From Tubulanus polymorphus (lineage: Eukaryota > Animalia > Nemertea), in contig NC_134029.1 in the NCBI RefSeq assembly GCF_964204645.1, positions 4,774,001-4,838,000 of the forward strand: 64,000 nt of DNA, given 5' to 3'. Below are positions 12,457-27,400 of the stretch, in pieces. Position numbers and translations under genes: made by a program. Position 1 is the first letter of the stretch. Each line of letters opens with the position of its first letter. The notes beneath the pieces are model-generated. The model did no database searches. It worked only from the letters and a program-made list of their open reading frames with translations, and was not told where the DNA came from.

Positions 12457-15400
12457 TCAATAAAAAGCAGATTCTTGTAATTTCGTATTGTAAATAAGCT
12501 CTTTCTGCACCGTTGCCAGTTTGTACGCCTCCCAGTTCAGCTGGTCTTGTAATTTCTGTTGGAGACTTTCTTGTGTGGGATATGGCTGGATCTGTAAGTG
12601 TGAAGAGACAATAAAGTCGGTTAAGCGCGTGGGTAGAATGTCAAATGTTGCAATTGCACTGGAAATCAAAACGGAATGTACGCAATGAAGTGAATCCGGA
12701 AACTTGGATTCAAGTATCAACGGTGGTGCGTGATGAATTCGCATTTCTGACGAACCAATTTATATGTAAATGCGATAGGAATGATACTAGATTTTTACAC
12801 GAATGCTGGATTAATGAGCACATCTCACCGGCAAGCGGTTAATGCCATAAATGCTCGCAAGGGGAAGTCTCGAGAGCCACTGTTCTGTAGCATCACCGTG
12901 TCCTTATGCGTGGGAAGTCATATTAATATCGTCGGAGCAATTCTACCCATTAATCTTCATTTAATCCCTGATTTCCACAAATCGAATACGTACACTTTGT
13001 CGCAATCGTTTGTGGTGACCTTCGTTTAAATGCTGCATAAAGAACTTTTTACTGATGAGAACACATTCGGCACCGTCGGATACCAGTATCATACTCATTG
13101 TATCGTGCATCATACTGAACGCAATCGGTACCATACCCTGAAAGAAGCATAGAAAAAAAGATATCAAATCTAATTCCGGTTTTCCGGTCAATATTGTAGC
13201 ACTAAGTTACAGTCTTGGGGTGATATCCAGTGAATACATTTTGAAGCGAGTGCGATTCTTGAATAGCACGCCGGTAATAATGGAATAGATTTGACAATCA
13301 CGGGTTTTAGTTGTCATCTGATTACGGTAATATACATCCTGATCTACATTCACGCATAATCATACGCGATCATACGCGTATTGTGTTTATTTTCTTCTTT
13401 CTAATTTCCGTCATGTTTGGATGAATGCAAGATTCCAGGCGTTCGCCTGATGGAAATTATAGATGCAGTGAACTGATATGAACTATAGCAAGAAAAGAGT
13501 CAATGAACGAACGTGTCGAACTCGGCTTACTTGGCAATGGCTACGAAGGTAACTCTAACACCGCGGGACACCAACGTTATTACGATTCATTAAAAACTGA
13601 TGGTTCGTTTTAGCCAATGTGAGATCATTAAAGCTCGCTTCGCCGCTTGTTGTCACCGATAAATCGTTATACGATGCACTCTTTATACTCAAAAATTATC
13701 AGAGTACGAAACTCTTGCTGCAAACGTGAATGGTGTTCGTTAAATATTCATTGCCGTCGCAAAATGAAATTTAAGATTTGGTGGAAGTCAATACGGAGCT
13801 ATCCTTTTCGTTTAAGGAAACACGATATATCTGATCATAGGCAGATTAATGAAAGGAAGACAGAGAAATGGAAAGCTTCAGGCGCAGTCACTGTATACAT
13901 CGAAAATAACGCAATCCGGACGGAAGTTTGACGCAGCTGTTGTTACAGAAGAAGGCTGTCACTATATGGAAATTAGTGAAAAAATGGGCGCGAGGAAATA
14001 GTTGCCAACGCACGAAGACTTTACACTTAAAATCTAGACGGGGTCATAGACCGCAAAATAATCCCCGGCCAATAATTCCTCGTGTTAAAGATGAAATACT
14101 GCGCTTAGTTTGGATAATTATGATTTCATATCTATCTTTATCGAAGATTTAGGGATTCATTCCGAAATCAGAAGATGATCTCCGCACGAACCTGTCAGTT
14201 CATCGAGTCATATCAAATTGCATTGATTTGTATTAACAAGAAACTGTAGTAATAACTTACAAACGTGTCCTTGGGTCCCAGTTTTTGTACTTGTATGTAT
14301 ACTTTCTGATTTGGCTTTGGTTTCGGAGCTGATGGTTTCAATTTTGCGTCGGCGAAATTCACTTTCTTCTCTCCAGGCTTTAAAAAAAACAAACAAACAC
14401 AGACTCAGTGTTTAAGCGGATTAATAGTTTAAGGAATTTACAAACCCCGCATCGGAAAAGTGACTTCGTTTTTACGTGAATCGGAGCGTACCTTAGTGTT
14501 TTCGTCTTTGTGCTTTTCTTCGAATAGTTTATTTATGATTTGTTTATGGTCGTCTTTGGTGACGTTCTTTGCTGAAAAAGTGAACGGAAATCGATGTAAA
14601 AGTTTTGGGAGACACGCGATACCAGTGCACGTACATGCCATTGGATCATCTTAATGCTACCTTTTTCAAAATGAATCGTAAATAGATATTTTGTGTCTTG
14701 CATTGTGATAATAACCAAATGTGATATGATAAGCGTATAACATCGACTTATTTCAACGAATAATGTGTCATTGTGAGCTGTGTGTATGTTTTGGATATTC
14801 CTGATAGCGATAGCGGCAGTAACAGCATGACGTCACAGTGACATCATACGGTGACCTTGAAAAACGTACAATAGGAGCTGTTCACCGATATACGTGTGGG
14901 ACAAAGCTGAGTTAAATGATTTGAGTATTGCGATACCACAGGGAAGCTAAATGACTGGACCGAAAATTACCCAATCTCAGTGGAGACCGAATTAAGATTC
15001 TGGCCAATGCGCAAGAGAATGCGAAAGCAATGAAGCAACATCCGTAAATAGAACAGTAAAAAAGCAGCTGGTAACCTGTATTACCCGGGAGGATTTAAGC
15101 TGACATTTCTAAACTATCAAGCAGATAGGTATTAGACTAATACCTTCGTTTTGTCTGTTAATGACGGGTAATTGATTACGGTTAGGTTGAGTTATGATAC
15201 CGCGTTTAGGAACGGTTATCACGGCTGCATTTTTCATCTGTTTACGCCGCGGAGACACTTGCGCCGATCCTGCAATTGTAGTAGTTTGTTTGGGGGGAGA
15301 TTAATACAGCTCCAGCGAATGCGTATCATTTTGTCATGTGATATCTGAGACAAAAGTCAAACCAACGAGTTACGCGGATATTTATGAATTGTATGCCTGC

Positions 15401-18400
15401 CGGGCAAACCCAAACGATGGGTATCATCCATCGCTGGGAAGCGAAGCAACCACGGGATGATAAAACATTAATCAAGTCAACCTTGAACGATGCTATGAGA
15501 TTTGTGATGAAGAATTGATCAATTTCTCCCGTTTACCATTAGTGCATTCTTGTTGGCAAAACGCTAGTTTACGAATGATATTCAACTTCTTTTAGATTGA
15601 TGAACTCTACGTGAGTTGTTGACTCAGCGGAATAGCTGCACTTTTTTTACCTTTATTCGCCCGCAAATCAGGTGAAGTCGCTATCATCGGCACGTTAGCT
15701 CGGGCTGGTTCAAGAGCCTTTAAAACACGACAGGAACCAGTCTTGATGACGTATATCCATTCTGCAGCGTTGCTGTCTCTGCACATTATCACCCCTCGCC
15801 TAAACAGAACAAGTACCAATTAGCCGTTCAGAATCAATTTTTAAATCATGCGTGTATTGCCACGGCTTATGATATTCTATATCCGATTCTGGAATATGAT
15901 ATCTGATAAAACAGGGTTTAATGTACTGTGCGTTTATATAGTTCATTCCTCTGTGTCTTGTCATTCAACCAGATGATGTCTGTAAGGCGTTTTAATAAAT
16001 TTCATCTAAATCTGATCAAAATCTTTCGCAAACAATTCTATCGCGGGACGTTTTCATTCATCAACGATTTACACGAATTAAAATGTTTTATTCGACCAAT
16101 GCAACATCTCATACCTAAAATACGTAAATAGACATGTTTTTGGATCCTCGTAGGGTAGTTGATCGGTCGGCCATCCTTCCAGTAAATCTACGGTTCTCAG
16201 GAACTGTATGTGCTCGGGTTCGACGTCTTTATCGACGTGCATGAAAATATCGACGAAATCGTCCCGGCCGACGGCCAACAATTCGACGTCATCTTTACAC
16301 GTCACAGTGGCGTTACGCGTACCTCCGTACATCAACGCTAGTTCCTAAATCGGGGTGAGAAATAAAATGATATAATGACTATGATCAATAACCGATATGA
16401 TTTCATCGCAAAACGAACGTACAGACGTTATTCAAGTTACGTCACAATAGATCATAATGTCCGTCAACTGAACTAAAACGTGACGGTTGACGGCCATTTG
16501 ACGGCCGATATGATGTAAATAACAATTGAGTATACACGTTAGGTCTGTGGATAAGGTCTATACTAAAATCCCGCAATAAAAAAATGTGTTTCTTTTTTTA
16601 CACGTTTAGGTTCTTATTCTCACTGAGTCGTGGGGATTCAACAAACTTGTTTACGGAAGAAGAAATTAATATTTCAGCTCTTTTCGTAGATGTCGAGAAG
16701 TCCACACGGATTTCTCTTGAAACATTCATGCAATGACTAGACAGCAGGTTTAGGCACGTGATATTTTTAAAACAACTAAAACGCTTTCGTCGCTAAAACG
16801 TTTCCCGGTGAACGAGCTGTAGCCGACAGCTCCGTCACGCGTTCCGTCGCAGAAAGAGGATTAATTTTTCGGAATTTATAATCGGGACGTTATTCATATT
16901 TCACACCATCCACATAATCTTGCTCGATGTAATCTCCGAAGGTTGCTTTTCTTTTTTAATAACCCGTCGTGATGCAGCCGTTTTGTAGGATGAGATTTGA
17001 AGAAAACCTCTTTTTATCTATTTATGAAATCAGATATTTGAAAATTTAACTTTAGTTTTTTACAGATTTTCTGCATATCTGATTCAGACACGTAATCAAC
17101 CCTCTTGGCTCATCAATGAAGTTCCATTACCTAATGGCATTTCTAATGTGGGGGGAGGGGGCGTAGTTATACGTTATACGTGATACGGCCCACATTTACA
17201 GTTTTCAGTCAAATATTTATCTAAGTTTTAAATCGAAATTTCAATGGTGAGATATCCGTTCAACTTACTCCAAAACTGTTGCCCTTTTTCAAGAATGCGA
17301 CCGTGTTTTGAAACGATTCGCCTGTTTTCGGATTCGTTGTCAAAATCGTAACGACAGCTGAAAACGAAACGATAATAGATTCGTTAACGATTCATTCAAT
17401 ATTGTCACGTCACGCAGTAACTGGCGAGAATGTTCGTCTCGCGGTCGCTCTTTATTCACCTGTTCCTGAGAGTATGAAATAAAAATTGTCGGCATAATGA
17501 CCTTGTCTGATGATAACCCTTTTAGCTTCGAAACTGAAAACGAAAACAAATGATTTAAAAGGATAATTTCCGAGAAAGCGAGTTTATATTCTGATTTGGA
17601 GATCATTTACGGACACAGAAAAGAGGCTGACAATAATTTAGAAAATCTAAGTCCGATATTTGAATATCTTTGACAGGTAAGCGATGATATGTTACTTTAC
17701 GTCAATTGTTGAAACTCATGAGATTTCGTTCTTGACGATACTTACTGTTCATACCAACCACGTCTGACTAAAGATTGCTGCATTTTTATTGGAAACTCGC
17801 CGAAAGCTTCGACGGCTTGATTGAGCGACACCAGAGCCGTGTGGAGCTGGTCTTCCGTTCGTTCTTTCGGATCCATCGACATGATCGTTTTCGCCTCGTG
17901 ACTGATTTGCAACTGTGAAGACGACGAATGAAACACTGACAATCAACATCTATCAATTAACACGAACATTTTTTTCTGATTAGATTTTCATTAGAATGAT
18001 GATTTGCAGGGTTGCCAACCTCTGAAAATGCTACTAATGTAACGAATTGAATTTTTCCAGTAACATTTCATAGAAATATGAAAGAAAATGTCAAAATAAA
18101 TCAGTAATCAACAGTAAGACACTTAGTAACATATTTCATATTTTTGTATGCATCAAACGAATCATATCAGTAATTCTTGTTATAAAATAGTAACGACAAC
18201 TGAAAATCAGGAACAGTTGGCAGCTCTGGATTTAGTAAACATGTTAATTGTGAATGAGCTGGTAAAAATATAGACAGCAAGTTATGAAAAGAAACGTTAG
18301 ATTCAGTCAACATCTGTCGCCATCTGCCATAGCGCACAAATATTACCATAACGGAGAATTCGCTTTTAAATCGATCATCCATTACCTAGCCGTTCGGTTC

Positions 18401-21400
18401 ATTAATGAATGCTGATCGTTTTTATTTTCAAAGTGTTTTTACCTCTTTGCAAGCTTTGAAATGAGCAGGGTCGAATTCTAGGTCATCCCCGTAAACCGTT
18501 CGCTGATTTATCTCATCCTGAAGTTGACTGAATGACATCAACTTCGCCTCCTGCCGTTTATTTTCTCGCCTAAGAACGAAAAAAAGCAAAAGCAGTAGAT
18601 GAACATCACGTTTAAACTTACTTATCTATACATACTTGAAGTTAAATGGAATGTATAATGTTTACCTGGTTGAGCTGATGGCGACTAAAATAATGTGGAT
18701 CAATTTTGCGGCTCTTCTAAATCTGACCAACGGCTACAAAATATGAAATGAAATCAAGATAACGATTTGTTGTTGATTCCAATCTCTGACGGCTCTTCTA
18801 GTTCGAAAGCTGAAACTTATTCATATCAAATTGATAATCAAGAGCTCAAGTCAAAATCCCTATTTGACTACCTCGACAACTGTTAACTTATGGAACGACG
18901 GTCGTCGATGTCTACGGAATAAACGATGCACGCGTAACGAAGGGAAACTATTCATATTGAGTCGATGTTTGTACTTCACGATATATTTCTTGTCGTTGTC
19001 CTTTGTCGAAGGTCTTATGTCGTGGCATCGGTTGAAGTCGTACGACTGATAGACGACAGTCTGACGTCTCTCGATCGGACTTATCGGCGGGAAGAAACTG
19101 GACGGCGAATCGCCAGGCATATCACGAAAAAAAATCGTTTCACCGAAATCGAATACGTATTAGAAAGGTTGTTACCAGCCTCAAATCGTCAATACTGTTA
19201 TTCTAGAAATGAGGCGATGGTTATAAATTCTGATTTTCCAACATTCAGATTCGTTCAACGGTAGAAGTATAGCACATGATACTCCTATAATCCAAGGTAA
19301 TAGTTTATGAAGGAAAAGCTGTTGTTGAATCCGGTGCGGTTGAATTTCAGCCCCACATGAAATGACTAAATTCTAATCGAGGAACTCTCACGATGTTAAG
19401 TGTAGGGTAATTCCGAATCAGTGTCTACCTGATTTAGTGAACATATCGTTTTATGCGATACCGCGAGAAATGAATGATTCAGAAATGAATTTCTCACGAA
19501 TAAAGCCATAAATATCGGTAAGTTTTAATCCATTTGTAAACACACGTTGCAATTAAATCTATTTTCTATTGCCTTATAGGGGTAAATGATATTCATGATG
19601 GCTAAATTGCTTCAAGACACAATACGTTTTATTCGATCATTTAACGTGACAGAGGACGAACAATTGTATTGGAAAATTACAGGGTTTTGTGTTGTTTAAG
19701 TTCAGCCATCTGGAAATACATGAAAGTCAAAGAGTACGTCACTGTCGGTTTTATGGCTCTGGGAAAATTCAGTTTATCGCCGTTGAAATGCGGCGTTGTT
19801 TGGAGCGAAGAAAGAATGGATGGAAGAAACCACGTAGACGCAGCACCGATCTGAACCGTCCTCGTTCGATCGACTCACCTGTATTGATGACCTGCGTTTG
19901 CTTTGATTTTTGTCCGATGAATCGTTATGATCGTGATCATCCACCAAATCCGTATCGTCGCCGCCGACGCCGACGACGTTACGGCGCACTTGACTGCGTC
20001 TCGATCGACGTCGTGACGTATCCATCGAACTGCGTCTCTGGCGAGCGAGTAACGTCCATAGTTCCATCGATCTGCTGTGACCGGAAGCGGCAGCGGCTGC
20101 AGCAGCTGCAGCGCCTACTACCGAGCCTCGACGACTGCCAGGTCGGTTCGCCGGATTAATATTAAACTGGACGCTGGATCTACGACCGCTAGAAACGGCC
20201 GGTGGAGTGACCGTACTCATTCTACGTTCTCGAGGCACTTCCTCTGGTGAGCACTCTATCTGATTATCGGGTCCATTTTCTTCCTTAACAGGTTCGAATA
20301 AATCGAGTTCTTCTAATTTATTGAACAGTGTTAACAGTAACTGATCTCCCTGTTGTTTTCTGGCTCGTTGCTTATCGAGGGGAGCCGAATGGATGTACCT
20401 CGTCAATCCGTATTTGCTCTTCGATTTAGCGTAGTGATCTTCATATTCTTCGAGGATCCTGTGAATATACCTAGCTTTGTATCCTTCGTTCGATTTTCGT
20501 AATTTGTTCTCGTTGTTGACGGTAATGATCGGTTTGAAAAGTTTATCTCCGCGTTTTACGCTGTACTCCGCCTGTTCCCGTCGCGTCCGCAAGGCCTGTC
20601 CGTCGGCGCAATAGAATATCCGATGCCTTTTTCCGAGGCGATCGCTCGAAGTCATGAGCTTATCATCCATAGTTCAATATCAGGTTTGACGTATAGAAAT
20701 ATTACTTTTCTCGCTTCTTCGAAACTGCCCTAGCTGAAATATCTATGCGAGCATGAATTCGTCAACTCAGCAGCGCGAAAATCATGTTTAGTTAGGATTA
20801 AAAGTTCCGAATGAGAGTTTAAAATGAAGCTAATGCGGCAATTAGTTGATCTCGTTTACGGTATCTGAAACCGTTTTGATAATATCAGTATCAACCACAC
20901 TGATTCAACAGTCACCGTTTATTGGTTCCTTTGAGTGCGACTTGCAGCAGGTTTCTTTATTACATTTCTATGAATTTTTTTTCACCCTAATAATAGCACC
21001 TGTTTTTCTGTCGAAATCGTTACTTCTATATACATGACAGCTATGTTGATTTATTCGCTAGTAATAAAGTCTACGTCTCCATTTACAACGGACAAAAAGC
21101 CAAGACGAGTGTATGATATATGAGTATTTAGATTTTCAATTACAATATCGAGTTCATTTGTATTTAGAATATACGATAATAAAGTTCTCTTGGAATACAG
21201 TTCTTTATATGAAAGCTAATGCTTTCTCTATTTATAGCCATTAGAGACTAGGCATTGTTGAAGATAGAAATCTGGCTTAATAATATTCATTGAAAATAGC
21301 ACATTTTCCACCGAACTTCATTCTGGTGCTATTTATAAATTTGCTCATTTAAGAATTTCATTTCACTTAGATTCGATTGAAGCTGAAAATGGCGGTTTTA

Positions 21401-24400
21401 TGAGGTGTAATCGAGTCTGAATTAGAATTTTCGTTTACGTCATCGTCTGAATAACCAATAAACAATCCACGCCTGGGGAAAAGGAATTTATGAGCGTGGT
21501 TTCGAGGAATGTTTGGACTATTCTATGAACGTTTCCAAGTGGCGTCGTTTTATAGTTTTTGTCTAATCCTAATACAAAGCGTTGTGAGCCCTAGCATGCA
21601 CACTTCTCTGGTCGACAAAAATGAAGTACACACTTGAATTAATAAAACGGAACAGTAACATTAGACTGAACAGGTGGTTTAGTTCCATATTATTAGTTCA
21701 TAATAGTGTTTACTGCAAGCAAAACGATTATTCTGAATACATAGCAAGGTCTCCAATCATTATTACGACTTGACGTTCCCCATAAAGTGATTAAGAAACC
21801 ATTAGCGCGCTGTGAACAATATTTCCAGAGCTTGGTTAGATTCCCTTGCTCCTAACTTACCCAGTTGTTGTTATCGTAGTGATATCCCGATGCGAATGAT
21901 GTCCTGCGACTCAGCACGCCTGCTGTTTGACTTCTGGACCCGATGTTATCACCCACCTCGATGACGCCGATCCGTCTGCCCCTCCGTCGTGGGGTAACAG
22001 CAGACGATGGCCCAGTCAGCGAGCCGCGTGGGTATCTGGCCGTCACATTCCTGTTCTGTTTATTCTCGTCAATGATATTCCTCGAATGCATTCTCAACAG
22101 TTTCTTCAACTCACCACTTCGGCCTTTACCTCGACGTGGGGAAGGGGTCGCGGTCGATGGCTGTTCATCCTCTTCGCAAAGCTTTCTATCCGCTTCGTAC
22201 GGCGAGTGAGCAATTGTAGCTCGCTTTACCTTCGTTTCTTTCTCTGATAAGTCCAAACGATGGGCTTCTTTAGCTGCCGGACCTATTTTAGCCTTCCAGC
22301 TGTTGATGACGATTTTCTTCCTCGCCATACCGGATTGAACCTTACTTCCATCGTCGTTTAAGGCGTCGTCAATCGTCTTCTGTTGAAATACTTCCGAATA
22401 GCGACGTTGTAGATACTTGCCGCTGGTCGGTGACAATGCTCTTACCGGTACTGGATCGTTGAGAACCCGTATTAGAAACTGTCCTTTCGTATAGTTTTTC
22501 AGCACGCTCCATTTTTCGTTAGCCCTCGTCGCCTCCGCACTAGAATTGTTGTTCACAGTTTTAGCGTTTATATTTTTGACGGATGGAGCCAGCGAAAGGG
22601 TTGCCTCCTCCTGAGTATTGGCTAGAAACTCTTGGGCTTTTCTCTCAAGAGCGAAATCCATCGTGTATTGGCAGATATCAAATACAATTATACAGAAATT
22701 CCAAACCGTCAATAGGATTACGCAAGAATCCACTGACAGTTAAGAAAACGCTCTTCCAGCCCCTAGTCCTTCTAGTTCGACATACTAAAACTGATCAGAA
22801 CCGTAGATGCCTTTACGGCACATATTTCGTAATCGAAACTATACCTTCGCCGGTTGTTCGTGAGTTGATTCGAGCTGGTTTAATTAGTCATAAAATCCGA
22901 ATTTTATTACCACGCACGGGTAATTGCGTTATCAATTATTAATCAAACATCATACAGGTATATGTTATATGTATGTGATATGATATGATATTATGATCCA
23001 CACAGTTTCAAGCGCTGAAATTCTAATCATCATTTTCCCGCTCTGCTGTATTCTGTATTCTAATATTGTCTGGAGTGGTGGAAATTGCGTCCGCTCGAAA
23101 GTTGTGTCCGTCACTCGCGTCCCCCGCTGACAGGACACGACCGCTATGGGACACCGGAGAAAGTGCGCGCCTCGTAGCCGCTCCAACACTCATGCACACG
23201 CTGGCGAAAACCAAATTGTCTGATAGCTAGAATCCGGATGAATTTCTTTCGTACTCTCTCTTACGAAACCTTTTAAGTAAAGAATTTCATCTGTCGAAGC
23301 TCAAAAACGACGTTGGCGTTTCCGCGGGTTTTCGTTTAATGATCTAAATGCGTGTAAGTTATAGCCGTACAATGTAAGCTTTTATGTCGGAATCATGCAG
23401 GATTAACAGTGACGACGAGGGGTCAGTTAGGGATTAAGTCACGGTTATTAATCCCGATTCAAAGCGCTAATCTCGCTGGCCTCAACCACGGCATAATAAG
23501 ACGGCAATTGCAGACGTCGACCAATTAATTTGATAATACGCAGTGACGAGCATTTGACACTGTAAACAAACACTAGTGATACACGATACACGACACGAGC
23601 AACGTCGAATTCAAAGATATATGAAATAAATAAGAAAATCAACAACGCAGGGAAAAAGTGCTTTCGTGTGCGAATGTGTATTTTAAGATTATAGTTCAAT
23701 GCGCTTGTTTTGTGTTCGTAATGAGGACAACCCTGAGCGCCCAGAGGCGTCGACAAGATTTAATTGAAACCGCTTGCAGTGTTTTCCAGTACTACCCACA
23801 GAGACAGTGTCGTAATATTTGAAACGCGATAAAAATATTTTCAACGAGACGTAATACTTGTAAACTGCATTACCTTGTATTACGACGATCTGTTGTTAAC
23901 TATGAATACGAAATTGTAAGCTTAAACCTATTTCGTCTATTTAAAGATCTAGACTCTTACGTCATAAGTTATTCGTACGTAGACTTTTTGATTACGTATT
24001 CAATTCAAGTAAATATAATCGTATTTAGCGTTTACATTTCGCTTGATCTATTTTATAGCGCTCTTAGATATTCTTATGTTGATTCCTACGTAAGAAATTC
24101 GACTTTATTGCACCAGACTCGAATCGTTTATTCCAGGATCTTTATGTATATCAGTAGTGAATATATAGACAGTTTCATGGGCACCCGCGTAATGAAATAA
24201 TCATTACCTTTACGGGTAAAACGTGATCGTCCCCGGACACGACGATGTAATAATGTCTGACAGTCGTTTATTCCGACTCGGCCAACCCGGAATAAACGTC
24301 GAAAATCCAACAGGGCTAGTCTTTAGAAACCAAGATCTGAACGTTGAAAAGCAAAACAAACAAACAAACAAACCGAGAAGTTCATTCCGACTTAGCTAAC

Positions 24401-27400
24401 TCGGAATAAACCTCGATCTTTTTCTACAAATATATCCACAGGACGCTTACGTAGATTGTACGCCATCGGATGCATTGGTCCTTATATTACTTAAACTAAA
24501 CATACAATGCCTGCCACCGAATATCTTTATGGCCACATTTTCTCATGCGTTTAAAAGCGGTGTTAATTTACCTGAAATCCTCGAGAAATATTCCGGTGTT
24601 TTTGTTTATCGAGGGTAAAATTTCTGAACTGCGCGACAACTTTCTTTCTCTGAGATGCGGCGTATAAACTCAATCCGTGATTCGTCGTTGGTCGCCTTCT
24701 CTGCGCGCCTGTTCTAGCATGTTTCATAGATTCGGGATTCTGATGACGGTCCGCTCTGGCAGACGAGTTATTCCGCGACTCCTCGCTCCGGTACACGGAA
24801 TAAAGTCGATAACGTTCCTTTTTTGAATTTCCAGTTGTTCGAACCGACGGCAGTTGTTGCGTCTTCTCGCGAGCCTTGGCCGCCCATTTCAGCCCGATAC
24901 CCTTCGCTTGTATAACGCTGGCCAGTATATCCCTTGACTCCTCGTAGGAGTCCTCTTGAAATTCATCATTAAAATCCATAATGACTTCTCACTTCTATTT
25001 ACCTGCCCGTTTTTAAATTGCGGTCTATTTTGAAGCGGAATATGATTATTTCCTAGCAATTACAGCGTCATAACGCGATGTTTGAACTCTTCTGGAGAGA
25101 AATAATCGCGAATTAATCTTTCGTGTGCGTGCAAAATGTCATTTTCTCAATTACGGTGTTAGACGTGTGGTTACGGAATTCGCCACGAAATTTCCTACAC
25201 TTATGTATGTATGTATAGGCTTGCTGACTTTAAGAACAGTCAATGCTGTCTTTCTAAGCGATAATCACTTAATCCGTAGATCCTCAAGTTGACGCAACGT
25301 AAGCGTTTATAGCCTGTAGCCTGTATCGGTAATTATTCCAAGATCTCGATAGGGAAAAATACAATTTTCATACACTGCAATAAACTAATAGGTGAAAAGA
25401 ATGAATCTATTTCTTCCCCACTTAGTATTCATTTGGTCTACGCACGGACTACCTCGTAGCCCTATGAAGAAAAGTCCACGATGCGTGTATGGCGTGGCCA
25501 CTTAGAAAGCGCCTTACATTTTATAAAAGCACGTAAAGTGATCTAAAAATGACACGTAATTCCCGCTGGGGGTATGTATAGAAGGAGTCACAGGAAAGCT
25601 TCACTGATATTATTTTGAATAGGCCTACCAACAAATAAATGATTCGTCTTAAGTATTACTTATATATTTGAAAATGTTTTTCAAAAAAGACATGCACACA
25701 TTATTACTAGACCCAGGAACAGATGTATCGTAAGTTTGATTCGAATAAACTAGAATTTCAAATTGGTTTATGAAAATTGAGCCAGAATTCCAATTCATGG
25801 GACCGGGTCCTGGGGGATACTAACCGGTATATGGACAATGTGACGTTCTTTATCTTCGATGTGATGAGTGGCCGCAGCCAGAAGCCTTCGTCTCCACGCC
25901 CCTAATTTTGGTAACCTGACCGCTCCGTCTCCCTTGTCATTTCGATTTTTAAGCCTGAAAATATATTGAAACATGGCGCTTAGACATTATATAACAAACA
26001 AATCAACTAGAAAGTTTATTGACCCCCTTGCAGAAAAATAACACATAGAATTATATTATTGACAATATTATATGATATTGGTAATACATGGTAATATGAT
26101 ATATATACATCAATGAAATTATTTTGAATTTGAATATATCGACAATTGAATTGAATTGACCGGGAACCAGTCAAGCCCCAATGCTTATGACGTAGGGCAG
26201 ATTCCACTCAAATGACAATATCAAAAGACACGAAAATTCATCAAATAGAAAAAAAAATCATGGAATATATTCAATTACAAAATGAACGCCAAAGTTCACA
26301 AATGTAATTCTCATTTTAAAACGGGATATCACATTTAAATACTGATGACGTAGAATATTCATCGACTCACGGAGAACCCCCTTAAATAACTTATAGTAGT
26401 TATCAATGTATATAAACATTATTGTGACGGTTTTGACGTCGTCATACTTAATGATTGGAACATAGTTAAATTCAGTGAGATAGATTTAACTCGGGACCAA
26501 GTTGCAAAGAGAGGTTGGAGTAAAATATGGTCTTAAATCTAAAACTGGTCTTAAGTTGTTGTACCTTCCCGATGGACAAACACATGTCTAAATCTAAGCC
26601 TTGGCAATGTAGAATAGAATATATTTCATTGCTCACAAAAGTATATTTCTTAGAGCAAAAAGACAATACAACATGAATGTCAATACAATACAATATCAAT
26701 ACAATATCAGGACAATATCAGAGGCAAAATTATGTTGTATTTTGGATAGGTGATAGCCTAGATAGAACTGGCTCCTGGGGCTGGTTCCTTAGTTGAGACT
26801 TAAGTCCGAAAAAGGTCTTCAACCTTAAGACTTGTCTCAAGTTGTTAGATTGGTTATAGAAGTAAGATGGTCGTAAATTGGTCTTAAGTCTAAGCCATGA
26901 CTATGGAACTTGGCCCTGGTTCTTGATAATTCCCTGCAATAAAAAAACAGATCCGGATCCTGGCTGTTTGTGTAGAAAATTCACTTTATCAATATACAAT
27001 AAATAACATTTTATTCTTAGTATATCTTATATCATCTTTTATCCGGTTCTTAGATTATTTTTTCATCACGTATATGAAGAATATCATATTTCGTTTTGAT
27101 CGACGTGTCGTGCTATACGGTTTTAGTTTGTCAAATCAAAGCAATAGATTCCATATCAAACCACTCGTTGAGAAAGACGAGACCTGATTCACTTACGCTT
27201 TTATTCTAGAATACCAGTTACTATTATCTCTCCGCAATTTACTATTAACAGACTTTCCTTTCAGAAATCTGAGCTTTTATGCGGCGAGGTCTATTTTTGA
27301 CACAATCTCTACGAACGGTTAGTGTTTTTAATGTCGTGGCTTAATCGCTATTCAACGCGTATTACATTATCAAATATACGAGAATTAAAAGTGAATCTTT

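Noticed and set aside
14208-14641. ORF-track proteins AWREESEFRRR... and MACTCTG...
   Set aside because: Wrong frame or intron read-through; the in-phase CNBD exons are 14571-14492 and 14377-14261.
24128-24310. ORF MDFRRLFR... as another CNBD first exon
   Set aside because: Starts at TTG rather than ATG, and its donor is phase 1 with no compatible nearby downstream acceptor.
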